From the NCBI GenBank assembly GCA_963707985.1, contig CAVPRW010000045.1:128001-192000 (forward strand): a stretch of 64,000 nucleotides of DNA, in the 5' to 3' direction. Shown piece after piece: positions 1 through 10,312 of this stretch. The notes beneath the pieces were generated by a model. It had not been told where the DNA came from, did not search any database, and saw only the letters and a list, made by a program, of their open reading frames with translations. A program made the translations under genes and the position numbers. The first letter of the stretch is position 1, and the number at the start of each line of letters is the position of its first letter. Source of the stretch: an uncultured Nitrospinota bacterium. GTDB lineage: Bacteria; Tectomicrobia; Entotheonellia; J063; CAVPRW01.

Positions 1-125
1 CTGCAGTTCAGCCCGACCAATCCAGGCGGAGATAGTCCTCGACCTGATCCGCCTGGACGATCGCGACAATCCGGGGAATCATGGGACTCACCGGAAGAAA
101 TGCTCCAAAGCTGAGGAGACCACCG

Positions 126-1199
126 ATGCGTTTCGGAATCTATGCGGAAATGCAGACACCCCTGGACAAACCGCACGCTGATCTGACATGGGAGATCATG
201 CGCCAGATTGAGCATGCGGATGCTATAGGATTCGATACCTATTCGGTGATTGAGCATCACTTTTTCCAGCAATTTGGCATTTCGGCGAACCCACTGGCGC
301 TGTTCACGGCGGCAGCCCAACGCACCCGTCGGATTCGCTTCCGTACGCTCTGTCATACGCTCCCGCTGCACAATCCCCTGCTCCTGGCAGGAGAGATTGC
401 GGAAGCGGATATTCTCACGAATGGCAGACTAGAATGCGGGATCGGGCGCGGACATGCGTGGCTCTATGAGCCGGCGTGTGTGGCGATGGAAGAGAGCCAA
501 CCTCGCTTCGAGGAGGCGATTGAGATCCTGCGGCGCGCTTGGAGCCAAGCACGGTTCTCCTTCGACGGTAAGTTCTACACGGTGCAGGAGGTGGCGGTCG
601 TGCCCAAGCCCGTACAAAAGCCCCATCCGCCACTCTATGTAGTGGGCACCAGCGACAACAGCTTTCGTATGGCTGGAGAGCGCGGCTTCCGTGTGGCCAC
701 TGGCGGACCTGTCCCCTGGACGGTCGCGGCACTCGGTATTGAAACCTACAAGAAAGCCTGTGCCGCCCATGGACATACGCCGCATGTCACATTTATCCGC
801 CCGGTATACTTTGGCGACGACCAGCAGCACATCCGGCAAGAGCTGGAACGGTTCATCCGCAACTACCTCGACTTCAATGCGTCGGCCATGGACGTCGTGG
901 TGAGTGAGGAACAGAAGGCCGAATGGCGGGCGAAAGGCTTCGGCTTCTACGCCAGTGGAGTCGTCGAGCAGTTTCGCACGATGACGTATGAACAGGTCCT
1001 CGACTATGGTCTCGCCTTCGTCGGCACTCCAGCAGAGGTGATTGAGCAAATCAACGCCGTGGACCAGCAGATCGGTGGTCTCAATGAGTTCGTCATCATG
1101 AGTAATCTCGGGGGTATTGAACACTGGCGGGCGATCAGGACGCAGGAACTGTTTGCCAAACATGTGATACCAGCATTTGCGCCATCGTTGTCGTGCTAA
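126..1199 (+). CDS. LLM-class flavin-dependent oxidoreductase (luciferase-like monooxygenase)
   Basis: MRFGIY start after GAGGAG; motifs EHHF, LAGEIAEADILTNGRLECGIGRG, PKPVQKPHPP. Confidence 0.9.
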   Translation: MRFGIYAEMQTPLDKPHADLTWEIMRQIEHADAIGFDTYSVIEHHFFQQFGISANPLALFTAAAQRTRRIRFRTLCHTLPLHNPLLLAGEIAEADILTNGRLECGIGRGHAWLYEPACVAMEESQPRFEEAIEILRRAWSQARFSFDGKFYTVQEVAVVPKPVQKPHPPLYVVGTSDNSFRMAGERGFRVATGGPVPWTVAALGIETYKKACAAHGHTPHVTFIRPVYFGDDQQHIRQELERFIRNYLDFNASAMDVVVSEEQKAEWRAKGFGFYASGVVEQFRTMTYEQVLDYGLAFVGTPAEVIEQINAVDQQIGGLNEFVIMSNLGGIEHWRAIRTQELFAKHVIPAFAPSLSC

Positions 1200-1322
1200 T
1201 TCTGAAGTATCAGAACGTTTGTATTCTATGATTATTTTCGGTGGTGTTCCAGTTATGTTGTGATCTGAAAACAGGTGTAGCAGTCGCCCCCTATTGCTTC
1301 GCTGCAATGCCGTAGCCTTGGA

Positions 1323-3047
1323 CTATCGATGCAATGTCCATCTCAGCTCTTCTGCTTCCTTCTGGATGGCTTCGGTGCGCATGCTCCGTAGCCACTCGGG
1401 GAGGAGCTGCGGGTAGGAGCAGTGCAGGGCAGCGATGAGGGTCTGCAAACGGCGTTGTTGCACGATCGCCGTGCTCGCTTGCCAGATTTGCAGGACTTCG
1501 CGTACGGGCTTGCTTTGGGCCCTGACCTCGCGGACCAAGTTGTCAAAATCGCGCGCTGAGTAATGGCCGGTCCGTTGGAAGACGTGCTGCAGCTCCTCGC
1601 CATCGAGAGCGATATAGCGGCGCTGGAACAGTTCCTGGATGAAGCGCTGCCGCGCTTCACCCTCGGGATCGAAGATCGGAATCTGCAGGGGTGCGCGACT
1701 TTTCACGTCGGGATCCAGTTCGTCCGGGCGTGAGGTCATCAGTGCCCACAGCACTTTGCCGCGGAAGCTCGGGTCGCCCATCATCTTGATGATGTTGCCC
1801 GCTAGCCGCCGCTCCGTCTCATGCGTATCGGAATGATGCACACTGCCAAAAGCCGTATGCGCCTCATCGACCAGGATCAGCACCTTGCCATAGGTAGAGA
1901 TGTGCCAGCGCAGCCGCTCGAAAAGCTTGTCCGTCTGGCCATACCACATGCCCCGCAGCCCCGTCAGCTCGATGACGATCCGCCCTGATTCTGCCGCAAA
2001 CGCTTCCATCTGAAAGGTCTTGCCACCGCCGTTGGGACCGGAAACGAGCACTGCAGATACGGCCGTCTCCGGCTGGTCGCAGCGCTGGAAGATGCTGCGC
2101 AGGATCGTTGTGGTCGCTTCACTACCAATGATATCCTTGGGACTGTGGTTGGGAAGGTTCACTTTCACCACATCACCGAGCTCGGCTTCGAGAATAAGAT
2201 TGACTTCTGCCAGGACATCCTTCCGCCTGATCGGCGCCCCCGTTCGGCGCGAGGTCTCGAGCAAGTCTTCAAGGCTGGTGAGCTTCAAGCCGGCCGTGTC
2301 CTCGACAAACGCTGCTGAACTGAGCTCAAACTGCAGAGCCACGTCATCGGGAGTGCACATTGCTTCATACTGTGCGACGAAGTGGGCACGCTCCTGTGCA
2401 CTCGGCAGCGAAATCTCCACGTGTTCGGTCACCGGCAGCGCCAGCACGCGACGGTTGATTTCCGACTTGGTATCGGACACCAGCAGGATGACATTGCCGC
2501 TCTTGCTGAAGAACGGATCGTGGATCCAGTTGAGGAAGGTCACCAGCCGTTGCCGATCCAGCTCGGAGAGCCGATCAAAGTCACCGTCCGGAAACAGCGA
2601 ACCAGCAAATTGCATGATCAGGCAGATCGGCCGGTACCGGCTCTTGTCGCCAGCCCACAGTCTGGTCACGGCGTTGCTCATCTCCCGTAACAGGATCAGC
2701 ATCGGGAGCGGCTGATGCTGTGTTTGCACCATTTGCGCCTCAACGTCACCCAGCTTCTGTCCCTTGGAGGCGATGCGCTCGGCTAGCTGGCAGACTTTCA
2801 GGAGCTCTTGTTCGTCGGCCGGATCATAGAAACTGATGCCGGTGGCCGCATCGACCCGCACCACGAGAAACTTATCCCGCAGCTCCTGATAGAGTGTTTG
2901 CTCGAGAGGAGTATAGCTCCTGAGTCGAGGGCTCCAGAATTGATCGAGCACATTACCAGTGAGGAGAATGACACGCTTGCCCCGGCGGTTGTATGAATGG
3001 CCCACCGCATCGATGAACGATGGTCGAGGAAACTCCGCGTTAGGCAT
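1323..3047 (-). CDS. AAA+ ATPase with a degenerate N-terminal and an active C-terminal AAA domain
   Basis: Walker A GPNGGGKT, Walker B ILVDE, sensor-1 MTSRPDELD; N-terminal half lacks a GKT; start overlaps the stop of the ABC ATPase. Confidence 0.8.
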   Translation of the reverse strand: MPNAEFPRPSFIDAVGHSYNRRGKRVILLTGNVLDQFWSPRLRSYTPLEQTLYQELRDKFLVVRVDAATGISFYDPADEQELLKVCQLAERIASKGQKLGDVEAQMVQTQHQPLPMLILLREMSNAVTRLWAGDKSRYRPICLIMQFAGSLFPDGDFDRLSELDRQRLVTFLNWIHDPFFSKSGNVILLVSDTKSEINRRVLALPVTEHVEISLPSAQERAHFVAQYEAMCTPDDVALQFELSSAAFVEDTAGLKLTSLEDLLETSRRTGAPIRRKDVLAEVNLILEAELGDVVKVNLPNHSPKDIIGSEATTTILRSIFQRCDQPETAVSAVLVSGPNGGGKTFQMEAFAAESGRIVIELTGLRGMWYGQTDKLFERLRWHISTYGKVLILVDEAHTAFGSVHHSDTHETERRLAGNIIKMMGDPSFRGKVLWALMTSRPDELDPDVKSRAPLQIPIFDPEGEARQRFIQELFQRRYIALDGEELQHVFQRTGHYSARDFDNLVREVRAQSKPVREVLQIWQASTAIVQQRRLQTLIAALHCSYPQLLPEWLRSMRTEAIQKEAEELRWTLHR

Positions 3048-4002
3048 CAGTCCCCTCCTTTGCCTCACTCACTTCTGCGGCTGACAGTGGCTCTGGGCTC
3101 AGGGTATCCCGATGGTTGAGGTTGAACTGCCGCAGTCGTTGCCGATTCCCAGGGTCGAGCGCCTCGTGGCGTACCTGCTCCAATAGTGCGTTGAACTCGG
3201 CCGTGGCACGGATCGCCGTAGGCTTCGGGTGGCCTCCGGGCGTGGGCAGATCGGTGACAATGACCGCTCCCACGCCAGGTTTCCCTGCATCATCCGACCA
3301 ATACTGTGACAAGCCAACCACTCTCGTGCCGACATAGCACGCTTCATCGAGGTCATGGGTGACGAAGATGATGGTCATGCGATAGTCTTCCCATTGTTCG
3401 AGGATGAGCAGCTGCATGGCGAGGCGGGTGTTATGGTCCAGGGCGCCAAAGGGTTCGTCCATCAACAGGATCCTGGGCTGCATCATAAGCGCCTGGGCAA
3501 TCGCCACACGCTGCTGCATACCACCTGATAGCTCATAAGGGAACTTATCACCGTCCCAGGGGTTTAGCCCAATGCGCACGAGATACTCTTGTGCCACCTC
3601 CCGAGACTGGCGTTGCGTACGTCGATAGGCAGGCGTATACAGCAGGCGCTGCAGCATTGACGTACGTTCGAGCAATGGCCCGTAGGCGATGTTTTCCAGC
3701 ACCGTGAGGTGTGGAAACAACGAGTACCTCTGGAACACCACGCCGCGGTCGCGGTCGACACCGGTGACGGGTTGGCCGTCGACCAATACCTGACCTTGCG
3801 TCGGGAACTGGGAGCCAAGGATCAGCCGCAGGATTGTGGACTTACCACAACCGGTCGGCCCCACCAGGGAAAGGAACTCGCCGCCACGAATGTCCAGGCA
3901 AACGTTGTTGAGAATGATGTTACGGCCACCATCGCCATTGCCGTTCTTGAGGTAACTCACCCCAACGCCCTGGAGGCTGATGAGATATGGGTTCGCTGCC
4001 AC
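3040..4002 (-). CDS. NitT/TauT-family ABC transporter ATP-binding protein
   Basis: GPTGCGKST, LSGGMQQR, LLMDEPFGALD, VTHD. Confidence 0.92.
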   Translation of the reverse strand: MAANPYLISLQGVGVSYLKNGNGDGGRNIILNNVCLDIRGGEFLSLVGPTGCGKSTILRLILGSQFPTQGQVLVDGQPVTGVDRDRGVVFQRYSLFPHLTVLENIAYGPLLERTSMLQRLLYTPAYRRTQRQSREVAQEYLVRIGLNPWDGDKFPYELSGGMQQRVAIAQALMMQPRILLMDEPFGALDHNTRLAMQLLILEQWEDYRMTIIFVTHDLDEACYVGTRVVGLSQYWSDDAGKPGVGAVIVTDLPTPGGHPKPTAIRATAEFNALLEQVRHEALDPGNRQRLRQFNLNHRDTLSPEPLSAAEVSEAKEGTDA

Positions 4003-4026
4003 GATCCCGCCCCTTTCGCCAGCGGC

Positions 4027-4837
4027 TTACTTGTCGACCCAGACATAACGCCTGCGGATCACCCACTGGATGAACCAATCGGTCAGGAAAAGCAGCCCTG
4101 TCATCCACAGCACATAGGGGATGATGATATCCATGGCCACGTACCGTCGAACCACGAAGATGCGGTAACCGAGGCCGACGGTAGCCGCCAGCGACTCTCC
4201 GGCAATGAGCAGCAACATGGCGGCTTTGAGATTGAGCCGGATGGTATCGAGCATCTTGGGGAAGATCTGCGGCATGACAATACGGTAGGCGATTTCGTGC
4301 TCCGAAGCGCCAAGTGTTTGCGCTTTGTGAATTTGCTCGCGCGGGATCGATCTTAGCCCGCAGATGGGCATCGAGCGCTACGGTTGGGAAGACGCCGATG
4401 ACGATCAGCGCTATTTTCGACAGCTCATCGAGGCCAAAGATGATGAACAGGATCGGCAAGACCGAGAGCGCCGGGAGTTTGTCAAAGAACACAATGAATC
4501 GGTAAAACAGAGCCTCGACGTAGGGGAAAAGCCCCATCCCGACGCCAAGCGGGATGGCCAGGAACACCGCGCCAATAGCGATGCCGAAGCGCCGAGCGCT
4601 GGCGAAGGTATCGACCCACAGCCGTAGATCGCCATTGCGGTCGGGCTCGAAAGCGGCCCGTTTCATGCCCTCAAGCATCTCTGTCACCGTCGGCATGACC
4701 TTATCTTGCGGGTTTTCCTGGTGGCGATAGTAAGAGCCAGCAAGGTAGGCTGCCGTGAGCAGCCCAAACAGTAGGGCGGATAACAGGTAGGTGGCAGCGA
4801 CACTCGGTTGGGCATCCGTGCGGAAAAAGGACCTCAC
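4027..4837 (-). CDS. NitT/TauT-family ABC permease (urea-carboxylase-region type), frameshift near 4351
   Basis: ORF 3920..4837 carries the N-terminal TM helices; ORF 4027..4371 continues with the EAA-like SIPREQIHKAQTLGAS and GLGYRIF; removing one base joins them. Confidence 0.8.
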
Positions 4838-4862
4838 GACCCTGCCTCACTTAACAGTCACT

Positions 4863-4892
4863 ACCCTAGCCCTCCCCCTTGAGGGATGGGGG
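4863..4892. repeat. Degenerate REP-like palindrome (accctagccctccccc..gggatggggg)
   Basis: Same leader and stem pattern as the copies at 9461 and 30271. Confidence 0.45.
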
Positions 4893-4924
4893 TTCGGAAG
4901 GCGGTGAAATAACGGCGGAAGGCC

Positions 4925-6001
4925 TCAATTCTGACGCAGCTGCCCGGTTTTGGCCTTGTCCACGATTCGCGTATCGTAGCGCAGTTTGACGTTGCGGCTG
5001 TCGCCCTGAATGGTTCCGTCAGGGTAGCTGATGCCAATGATGTCAACGCTCCGCGCGTTCTCGCCGAGGAGACCGTACTTGAAGCAGAAATTGCGAACAA
5101 AGTCCATTTTTTCCTTGATCTCAGAGCTGCGCATATAATCGCTGGCAGCTTCCGGAGTCCAGAACATGGCTGTAGTCCGGAGCTGTGCCTTGTACTCGCT
5201 GAGCGAGGCATTCGAGCGTTGGGCCATCGCAGTCATCGCCCTGTCGGCTTCTGGACCACGCTGGGACATCAGGCTCATCACCTCATACCAGGCTCCCACC
5301 AGGGCTTCCGTAAAGCGCGGGTCGTCGTTCAGCACCTTCGTATTGACAACCAGGAGGTCGAGGACTTCGCCAGGAATCTTTGCTGAATCGAACAGCCTGC
5401 TCACCCCTGGCGTCTGCTCGATGCTCATGACCATGGGATTCCAGGTCACCACGGCCTTCTGACTCTTGTTGGCGATGAACGCCGGGGCGATGTCTGAGTC
5501 CGAGGTGTTGACCACCTTCAACTCCGACTCCTTGACGCCGTGCATCTCAAGCGCACGGGCCAGGAGATAGTGGCTAACCGAAAGCTCCACCAGATAAATT
5601 TCAGTCCCCTTGAGCCCCTGCACATCGGGGATGCCGCGGACGAGAATCGCATCGTTGCCGTTGGAGTAGTCCCCCACGATGGCCACAGTGGTATCGATCC
5701 CGGACTTGGCCGGCATGGCCAGAGCCTCCATATTGGTCATCACACCGGCATCGACCTTGCCCGCCACAAACGCTTCGACGCTTGGGATGTAGTCCATCTC
5801 GACCACTTCGATGGTGATCTTATAGCGCTCGGCCCATTTCTTGATGATGGCCTGATCCTTGGCATAGTACCAGGGCATCCAACCGGCATAGATGCTGACC
5901 GCAAGCGTGAATTTGTCCTTGGCGAGCGCCGCAGATGGGAGCGCTGTGCTCGCGAGCGCGGTGACCACCAGTGCGGCGACCAGCGAACGGACCTTCAGCA
6001 T
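4925..6001 (-). CDS. ABC substrate-binding protein, urea-carboxylase-region (putative urea/guanidine) family
   Basis: Signal peptide; SIYAGWMPW, GDYSNGNDA, LVELSVSHYLL, VNTSDSDI, VVTWNPM. Confidence 0.8.
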   Translation of the reverse strand: MLKVRSLVAALVVTALASTALPSAALAKDKFTLAVSIYAGWMPWYYAKDQAIIKKWAERYKITIEVVEMDYIPSVEAFVAGKVDAGVMTNMEALAMPAKSGIDTTVAIVGDYSNGNDAILVRGIPDVQGLKGTEIYLVELSVSHYLLARALEMHGVKESELKVVNTSDSDIAPAFIANKSQKAVVTWNPMVMSIEQTPGVSRLFDSAKIPGEVLDLLVVNTKVLNDDPRFTEALVGAWYEVMSLMSQRGPEADRAMTAMAQRSNASLSEYKAQLRTTAMFWTPEAASDYMRSSEIKEKMDFVRNFCFKYGLLGENARSVDIIGISYPDGTIQGDSRNVKLRYDTRIVDKAKTGQLRQN

Positions 6002-6072
6002 GGCCTTCCCTCCTTGCGCGTATCGTGTGGAGTATGGCATCAAGAATGCCCGTAAGGAAAAAGGGCCGAAGC

Positions 6073-6891
6073 TCAAATCTTCGGCACATCCTCGGCTTGC
6101 CTGGGAGCCGTGCCGGTTTTTGCCTCGCGCTCGGCCTTGCGCGCCGCGAGCATGGCCCCGAAGTCCTCGTCGACCGATGAGGACCGCCCCGCCGCGGCGT
6201 ATTCGGCATCCTGGGCTCGCACGTCGGTCCCGGCTAGCCGTTCGCTCACGCGTGCCTTGGCGGCAAGCTCACGATTCGCCTGCATCACGGCGTCGAGCGG
6301 GCCACGGTCGATGCTCGCCTGCATCCCCTGCAACCGTCGGTTGAGATCGATGATCTTCTGATTCGACACGAAATCCGCCATCGCCTGGGCTTTCTGGCCC
6401 GGCAAATTCTGGATCTCGGCTTGCAGGGTGGTGAGTTGGCGCTCAAATCCGTGCATGCGGTCCTCCTGCACCTTGACATCCTCGCTGAGCTCGCCTTGGC
6501 GTACTTCGATCTGTTTGATGCGTCCCTGGAAACGTTCGAAGGCGGTCTTATGTTTCTGCAGCTCCTCGGCGTCACCCGCTTGCTGGGCGCGTTCGTACAT
6601 CGTCAGGGCCCCATCCCGCTTGATACCCAGATCCTTCAGTTCCTTGGCCAGGGCTTCGCTTTCGAGGCGTTTCTCTTCGAGGACGGTTTCCAGCTGCCCG
6701 AAGGCATCGAAGAGGTCTTCGTAGCGTCGAATCATCTGGTCGCGATGCAGATCAAAGGCATCCGCGATACCCTCCGTCGAACCGGTGAACATCCGATCGG
6801 CAGCTCGGACCAAGCCAAGCTGTTTGCGTAGTCCGTAGAAAGTGATCAGGCGCCAGAACGCCTGAAATAATCCCATCTGCTCATCTGCCAT
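6073..6891 (-). CDS. PspA/IM30-like coiled-coil protein
   Basis: About 270 aa; amphipathic N-terminal helix (MGLFQAFWRLI) followed by long E/K/Q/R heptad helices. Confidence 0.55.
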   Translation of the reverse strand: MADEQMGLFQAFWRLITFYGLRKQLGLVRAADRMFTGSTEGIADAFDLHRDQMIRRYEDLFDAFGQLETVLEEKRLESEALAKELKDLGIKRDGALTMYERAQQAGDAEELQKHKTAFERFQGRIKQIEVRQGELSEDVKVQEDRMHGFERQLTTLQAEIQNLPGQKAQAMADFVSNQKIIDLNRRLQGMQASIDRGPLDAVMQANRELAAKARVSERLAGTDVRAQDAEYAAAGRSSSVDEDFGAMLAARKAEREAKTGTAPRQAEDVPKI

Positions 6892-6909
6892 CGCGATCCC
6901 CCTTTCCAC

Positions 6910-7843
6910 TTAGACTTCGAGATACTCCTCATCGGCCCGCGCGTCTTCGTTGCCGAAGCCCCGCAGCCGCTGCTCCACGCGCCGTGCCGCTTCGACGGCG
7001 CGTTCCAGATGTGATGCGGCGTTGCTGGCCAAAGGCCCGCCGCTTACGGCCTGCCCGACCAGGTCAACGACCTCGAGATGGGCCGTCTCCAACGCCGTTT
7101 CCAGTTCATTGAGTTGAGCGATCAGGGCACGCAGCTCCTCCTCACGCTGGTGATATCTGTCGAGGCGCTTCGTGTGGGCCTCGATGTTGCGCTCAAGGCT
7201 TTCGGCCGTGCCCTCTCGCTCGCGTTGTTGGATCCACGCCAGGCGTTCTTGCTCCAGAGTGTTCACATCAACCTGTTGCAGAGCCTGGAACAGGTTGAGG
7301 GCTCTCTTGAGGATCGTGACGCCGTGGCGGTAGGTCTCCTCCGCCAGGACACGAAAGCGCTCAGCCACTGGCGTTTCCCTGACCAGGCTGTTGTTCGACG
7401 AGAAACTGGTCCAGCTGGTGATAGGCGTCGGTGAGCTCCTGGGCTTCCTTCGCGCCAGCAGTAAAACCCGCCTGCCGACAGGCCAGAGCCAGCTCATCAA
7501 CCTCACGACGTTCATATTCGTCGCGCAGGGCACGGAGCTGCTGGATGTGTTGCTCGGCCAGGGTATCGCCACGACCAATATAGTTGATCACCCAGGCAGC
7601 AGCGCTCATGAAGCCAAAGCCTAATGCGGCCATGAGCGAGGCTGGACTCAGGTCAATTGCCACACTCCACAACACCGCCACCGTGGCCAATGCTGCGGGC
7701 AGGATCGTGGCCGGATGTTGCAGGGTATCCTGTAAGACGGCGCGCTGCACGGCCCGTGGGGTAAAGTCTTCGGCCGTCGGCTTACGATCGAGAGATGACG
7801 GCTCACCAGGTTGTGCGCGGCCCTTCAGGCGCTCCCACCACAC
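6910..7843 (-). CDS. 2-TM membrane protein with cytoplasmic coiled coil, frameshift near 7369
   Basis: 7361..7843 gives two TM helices; 6910..7578 continues AERFRVLAEETY as a coiled coil; one extra G separates the frames. Confidence 0.65.
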
Positions 7844-7858
7844 GTGGGTCCCCTTTCG

Positions 7859-9422
7859 CTATAGCACATTTTCTTCAAGCAGCACGAACTCCACTCTGGG
7901 AAGTCGATACTGGAAGGCGCGCTCAGATTCCCCCGGCTTCCGCGGTGGGGGTTGAGACGCCCCTTTGCCCTCGGCATGGAGTCGATCGGCATCGATCGCG
8001 TGTACGGCGATCAGATACTGTGCCACCGCCTGTGCCCGGGCCAGGGAGAGCTTACGATTTTCCTCCTCATCACCGGTGCCCGTGTGACCGCGCACAGCGA
8101 CCCGGTATCCCGGGTAGTTATTGATGAGCAGGGCGGCGATCTTGTCGACCTGCTCCTTACTGGTCACGTCCAGGAGCTCGCCCCCGGCCTGAAAGGTGAT
8201 CGGTTCGACACGCAAAGTGCCGATCTCCCGCAGACTCTTCCACGCTTCATCGCTGAGGGGTTTGAAGTCGACAGGACTGCCTCCCTGCCGCCCCACCATC
8301 GCTGGAGCACTCTTGAACAACTTTTCCAGAAGGCTGGAGTTGATGATCACATAAGGATTCCCGTCGAGTGGATCGCGCGACAGCTTCCCCGAACGCCTGA
8401 GGATGTCAGTGCAGGCAATGATAGTCTTCACGATGCCGTCAGTCGCCGTCGTATCAGCGCTGGTGCCAAGCCCAAACTGTTGCTCAGCGTTTTCGAACAA
8501 GTCGTACCAATCGATCTTATGCAAAATGTTCTCCACGGCCTCCCGTGGTAGATGTGTCGACTGGGCCATATCGGTCAGCAGCCGGGCGCGGTCGTTGGCA
8601 TAGCTGCGCATCACCGTGAAGTAGACATCGAAAAAGTCGATGATCGCCCTGTTCGTGGCGCTGCACGAAGTCACGATGAAACACAAAGACGTCCTTAATG
8701 TACCCAGAAAACTTGTCAGAACCCCAGATGTACTTTAATTCGGGGACTTCTTGGAGCGCCCGCGACAGTTCAGACTCCCATAGGACAAACATGTCTCCCT
8801 CACGCCGCCTGGCCCGCTCCAGGACCTCACGCGCGCTGCCGACTTCAACACGCCAGGTGCTGGTCGAGGTGAGGTGGAACAGATCAAAGCCGACGATCGT
8901 GAGGTCGAGCAAAAACGCACTCGGGCTGTCGGCCGTGTACACGACCTTGAGCCCAGGGTTATTGAGATCGCGGATGTTGCCGGTGGGGAACTTGTCGGCA
9001 AACCCGACGATCCCATCGGCGCCGTTCGACTCCGCAATCGCCGCCACGATGACCCCTGGGAACTTGTGGGCCGAGCCGTGCTGCAGATAGGAGCTCACAG
9101 GCAGGACAATAGCATCATACTCGCGGTTGGCAAATTTCTGCAGCCGAGCCGCATAAGCGCCGCCGTCATCGTGAAACAGGATAGCGATACCGCGACGCGC
9201 AGCCTCCCTGCGGGTGTCGGGCGCAGAAATGAACCAATAACCCAGGTAGCCATCCCCGCCGATGCGGATGGTCGTTGATACCCGGGAATCGCTGGTCGCA
9301 GCCTGTTTGTACGCCGCATACTTCTCTGTGGCATAGGGCCAGAGGAACCTGGCGGCAAGGACGGTCAAGCCCCCGAGGAGGAGGATGAGCACGGCAGCCA
9401 ACGTGGACCTCTTATTCGCCAT
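7859..9422 (-). CDS. Membrane-anchored NMT1-like SBP fused to C-terminal OmpA domain, frameshift near 8648
   Basis: N-terminal TM; ESNGADGIV; OmpA motif VRGHTG..NRKLSLARAQAVAQYL..RVEF; frames join at HEQ/AIIDFF. Confidence 0.75.
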
Positions 9423-9460
9423 GCTCTATCTCGGATGCAAGCACATCGCGTTCGTCCCAT

Positions 9461-9490
9461 ACCCCGGCCCTCTCCGACAAGGAGAGAGAG
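9461..9490. repeat. Degenerate REP-like palindrome (accccggccctctcc..ggagagag)
   Basis: Intergenic; similar to the 30271 copy. Confidence 0.45.
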
Positions 9491-9578
9491 CCAGGCACCA
9501 AAGGTCTTGTTGTATCCGGAAAAAACGACCCTGCCGTTGTCTATCCCTCTTCAGCATGAGATGGGGCACACGGGCGTC

Positions 9579-10295
9579 CTACCGGCCAGGAAATGTTTGA
9601 GGATCAAACATGCTGGTCTCTGCCAACGTTTCCTCGAGACCGAGCTTGAGGGCCTCGATGGAGTCAGCCGGACGATAGGACACCGAGGACTTGCGCAGGG
9701 CGTGGTCGGTGCTGAGACATAGGCCAATCGTGTAGATAGGGACGCGTCGCTCGCGGGCGTAGGCGACTGCCTGGGGGAGTGGTCGTCCGGTCGCCTCCCC
9801 ATCGGTAACCACAATCAGCCGAAACTCCCCGTAACCGAGTTGTTTATCACGCTGTCGCATCAGCCGATTCACCCCTTGTTCGATCGATTCCGTGAGGGGT
9901 GTTTGGCCGCCGGCTCGAATCTTCTTGACCTCAACGAGGAATGCCCCGCGGCTGTCAGGGCCCAACGCGACACGCTCGCTATTGCCGTTCGTGTCAAAGA
10001 CCCATAACCCCAGGTGGACATCGCGCGGCACCAGAGGAAGGAACTGCTCCACAGCCCACTTGGCCCCCTCGAGCCGGGAGCTGAACCGCTTGTCACCTTT
10101 GCACTGCTTGGTGAGAGATTCGGACATGGACCCCGACCCGTCGAAAATGAAGTAGAAATTTCGAGCCAAGGAGGCTTCATCCGTCTGTGTCGGCTGAGGC
10201 TGTACTTCCGTCGGGCTCTCGGCCCCCGCCATCAGCGCCATCGCAAGAGTGGCTGCGAGGCACAGGACGATTCCGGTATGCATCCGTTGGTACAT
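9579..10295 (-). CDS. Secreted von Willebrand factor A domain protein
   Basis: Signal peptide; MIDAS DGSGS, GQTPL, VVTDGE. Confidence 0.85.
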   Translation of the reverse strand: MYQRMHTGIVLCLAATLAMALMAGAESPTEVQPQPTQTDEASLARNFYFIFDGSGSMSESLTKQCKGDKRFSSRLEGAKWAVEQFLPLVPRDVHLGLWVFDTNGNSERVALGPDSRGAFLVEVKKIRAGGQTPLTESIEQGVNRLMRQRDKQLGYGEFRLIVVTDGEATGRPLPQAVAYARERRVPIYTIGLCLSTDHALRKSSVSYRPADSIEALKLGLEETLAETSMFDPQTFPGR

Positions 10296-10312
10296 CGCAC
10301 TAGCCTCCTTCG

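Noticed and set aside
4351..8648. Programmed frameshifting in the operon
   Set aside because: No slippery heptamers; similar indels occur across unrelated genes.
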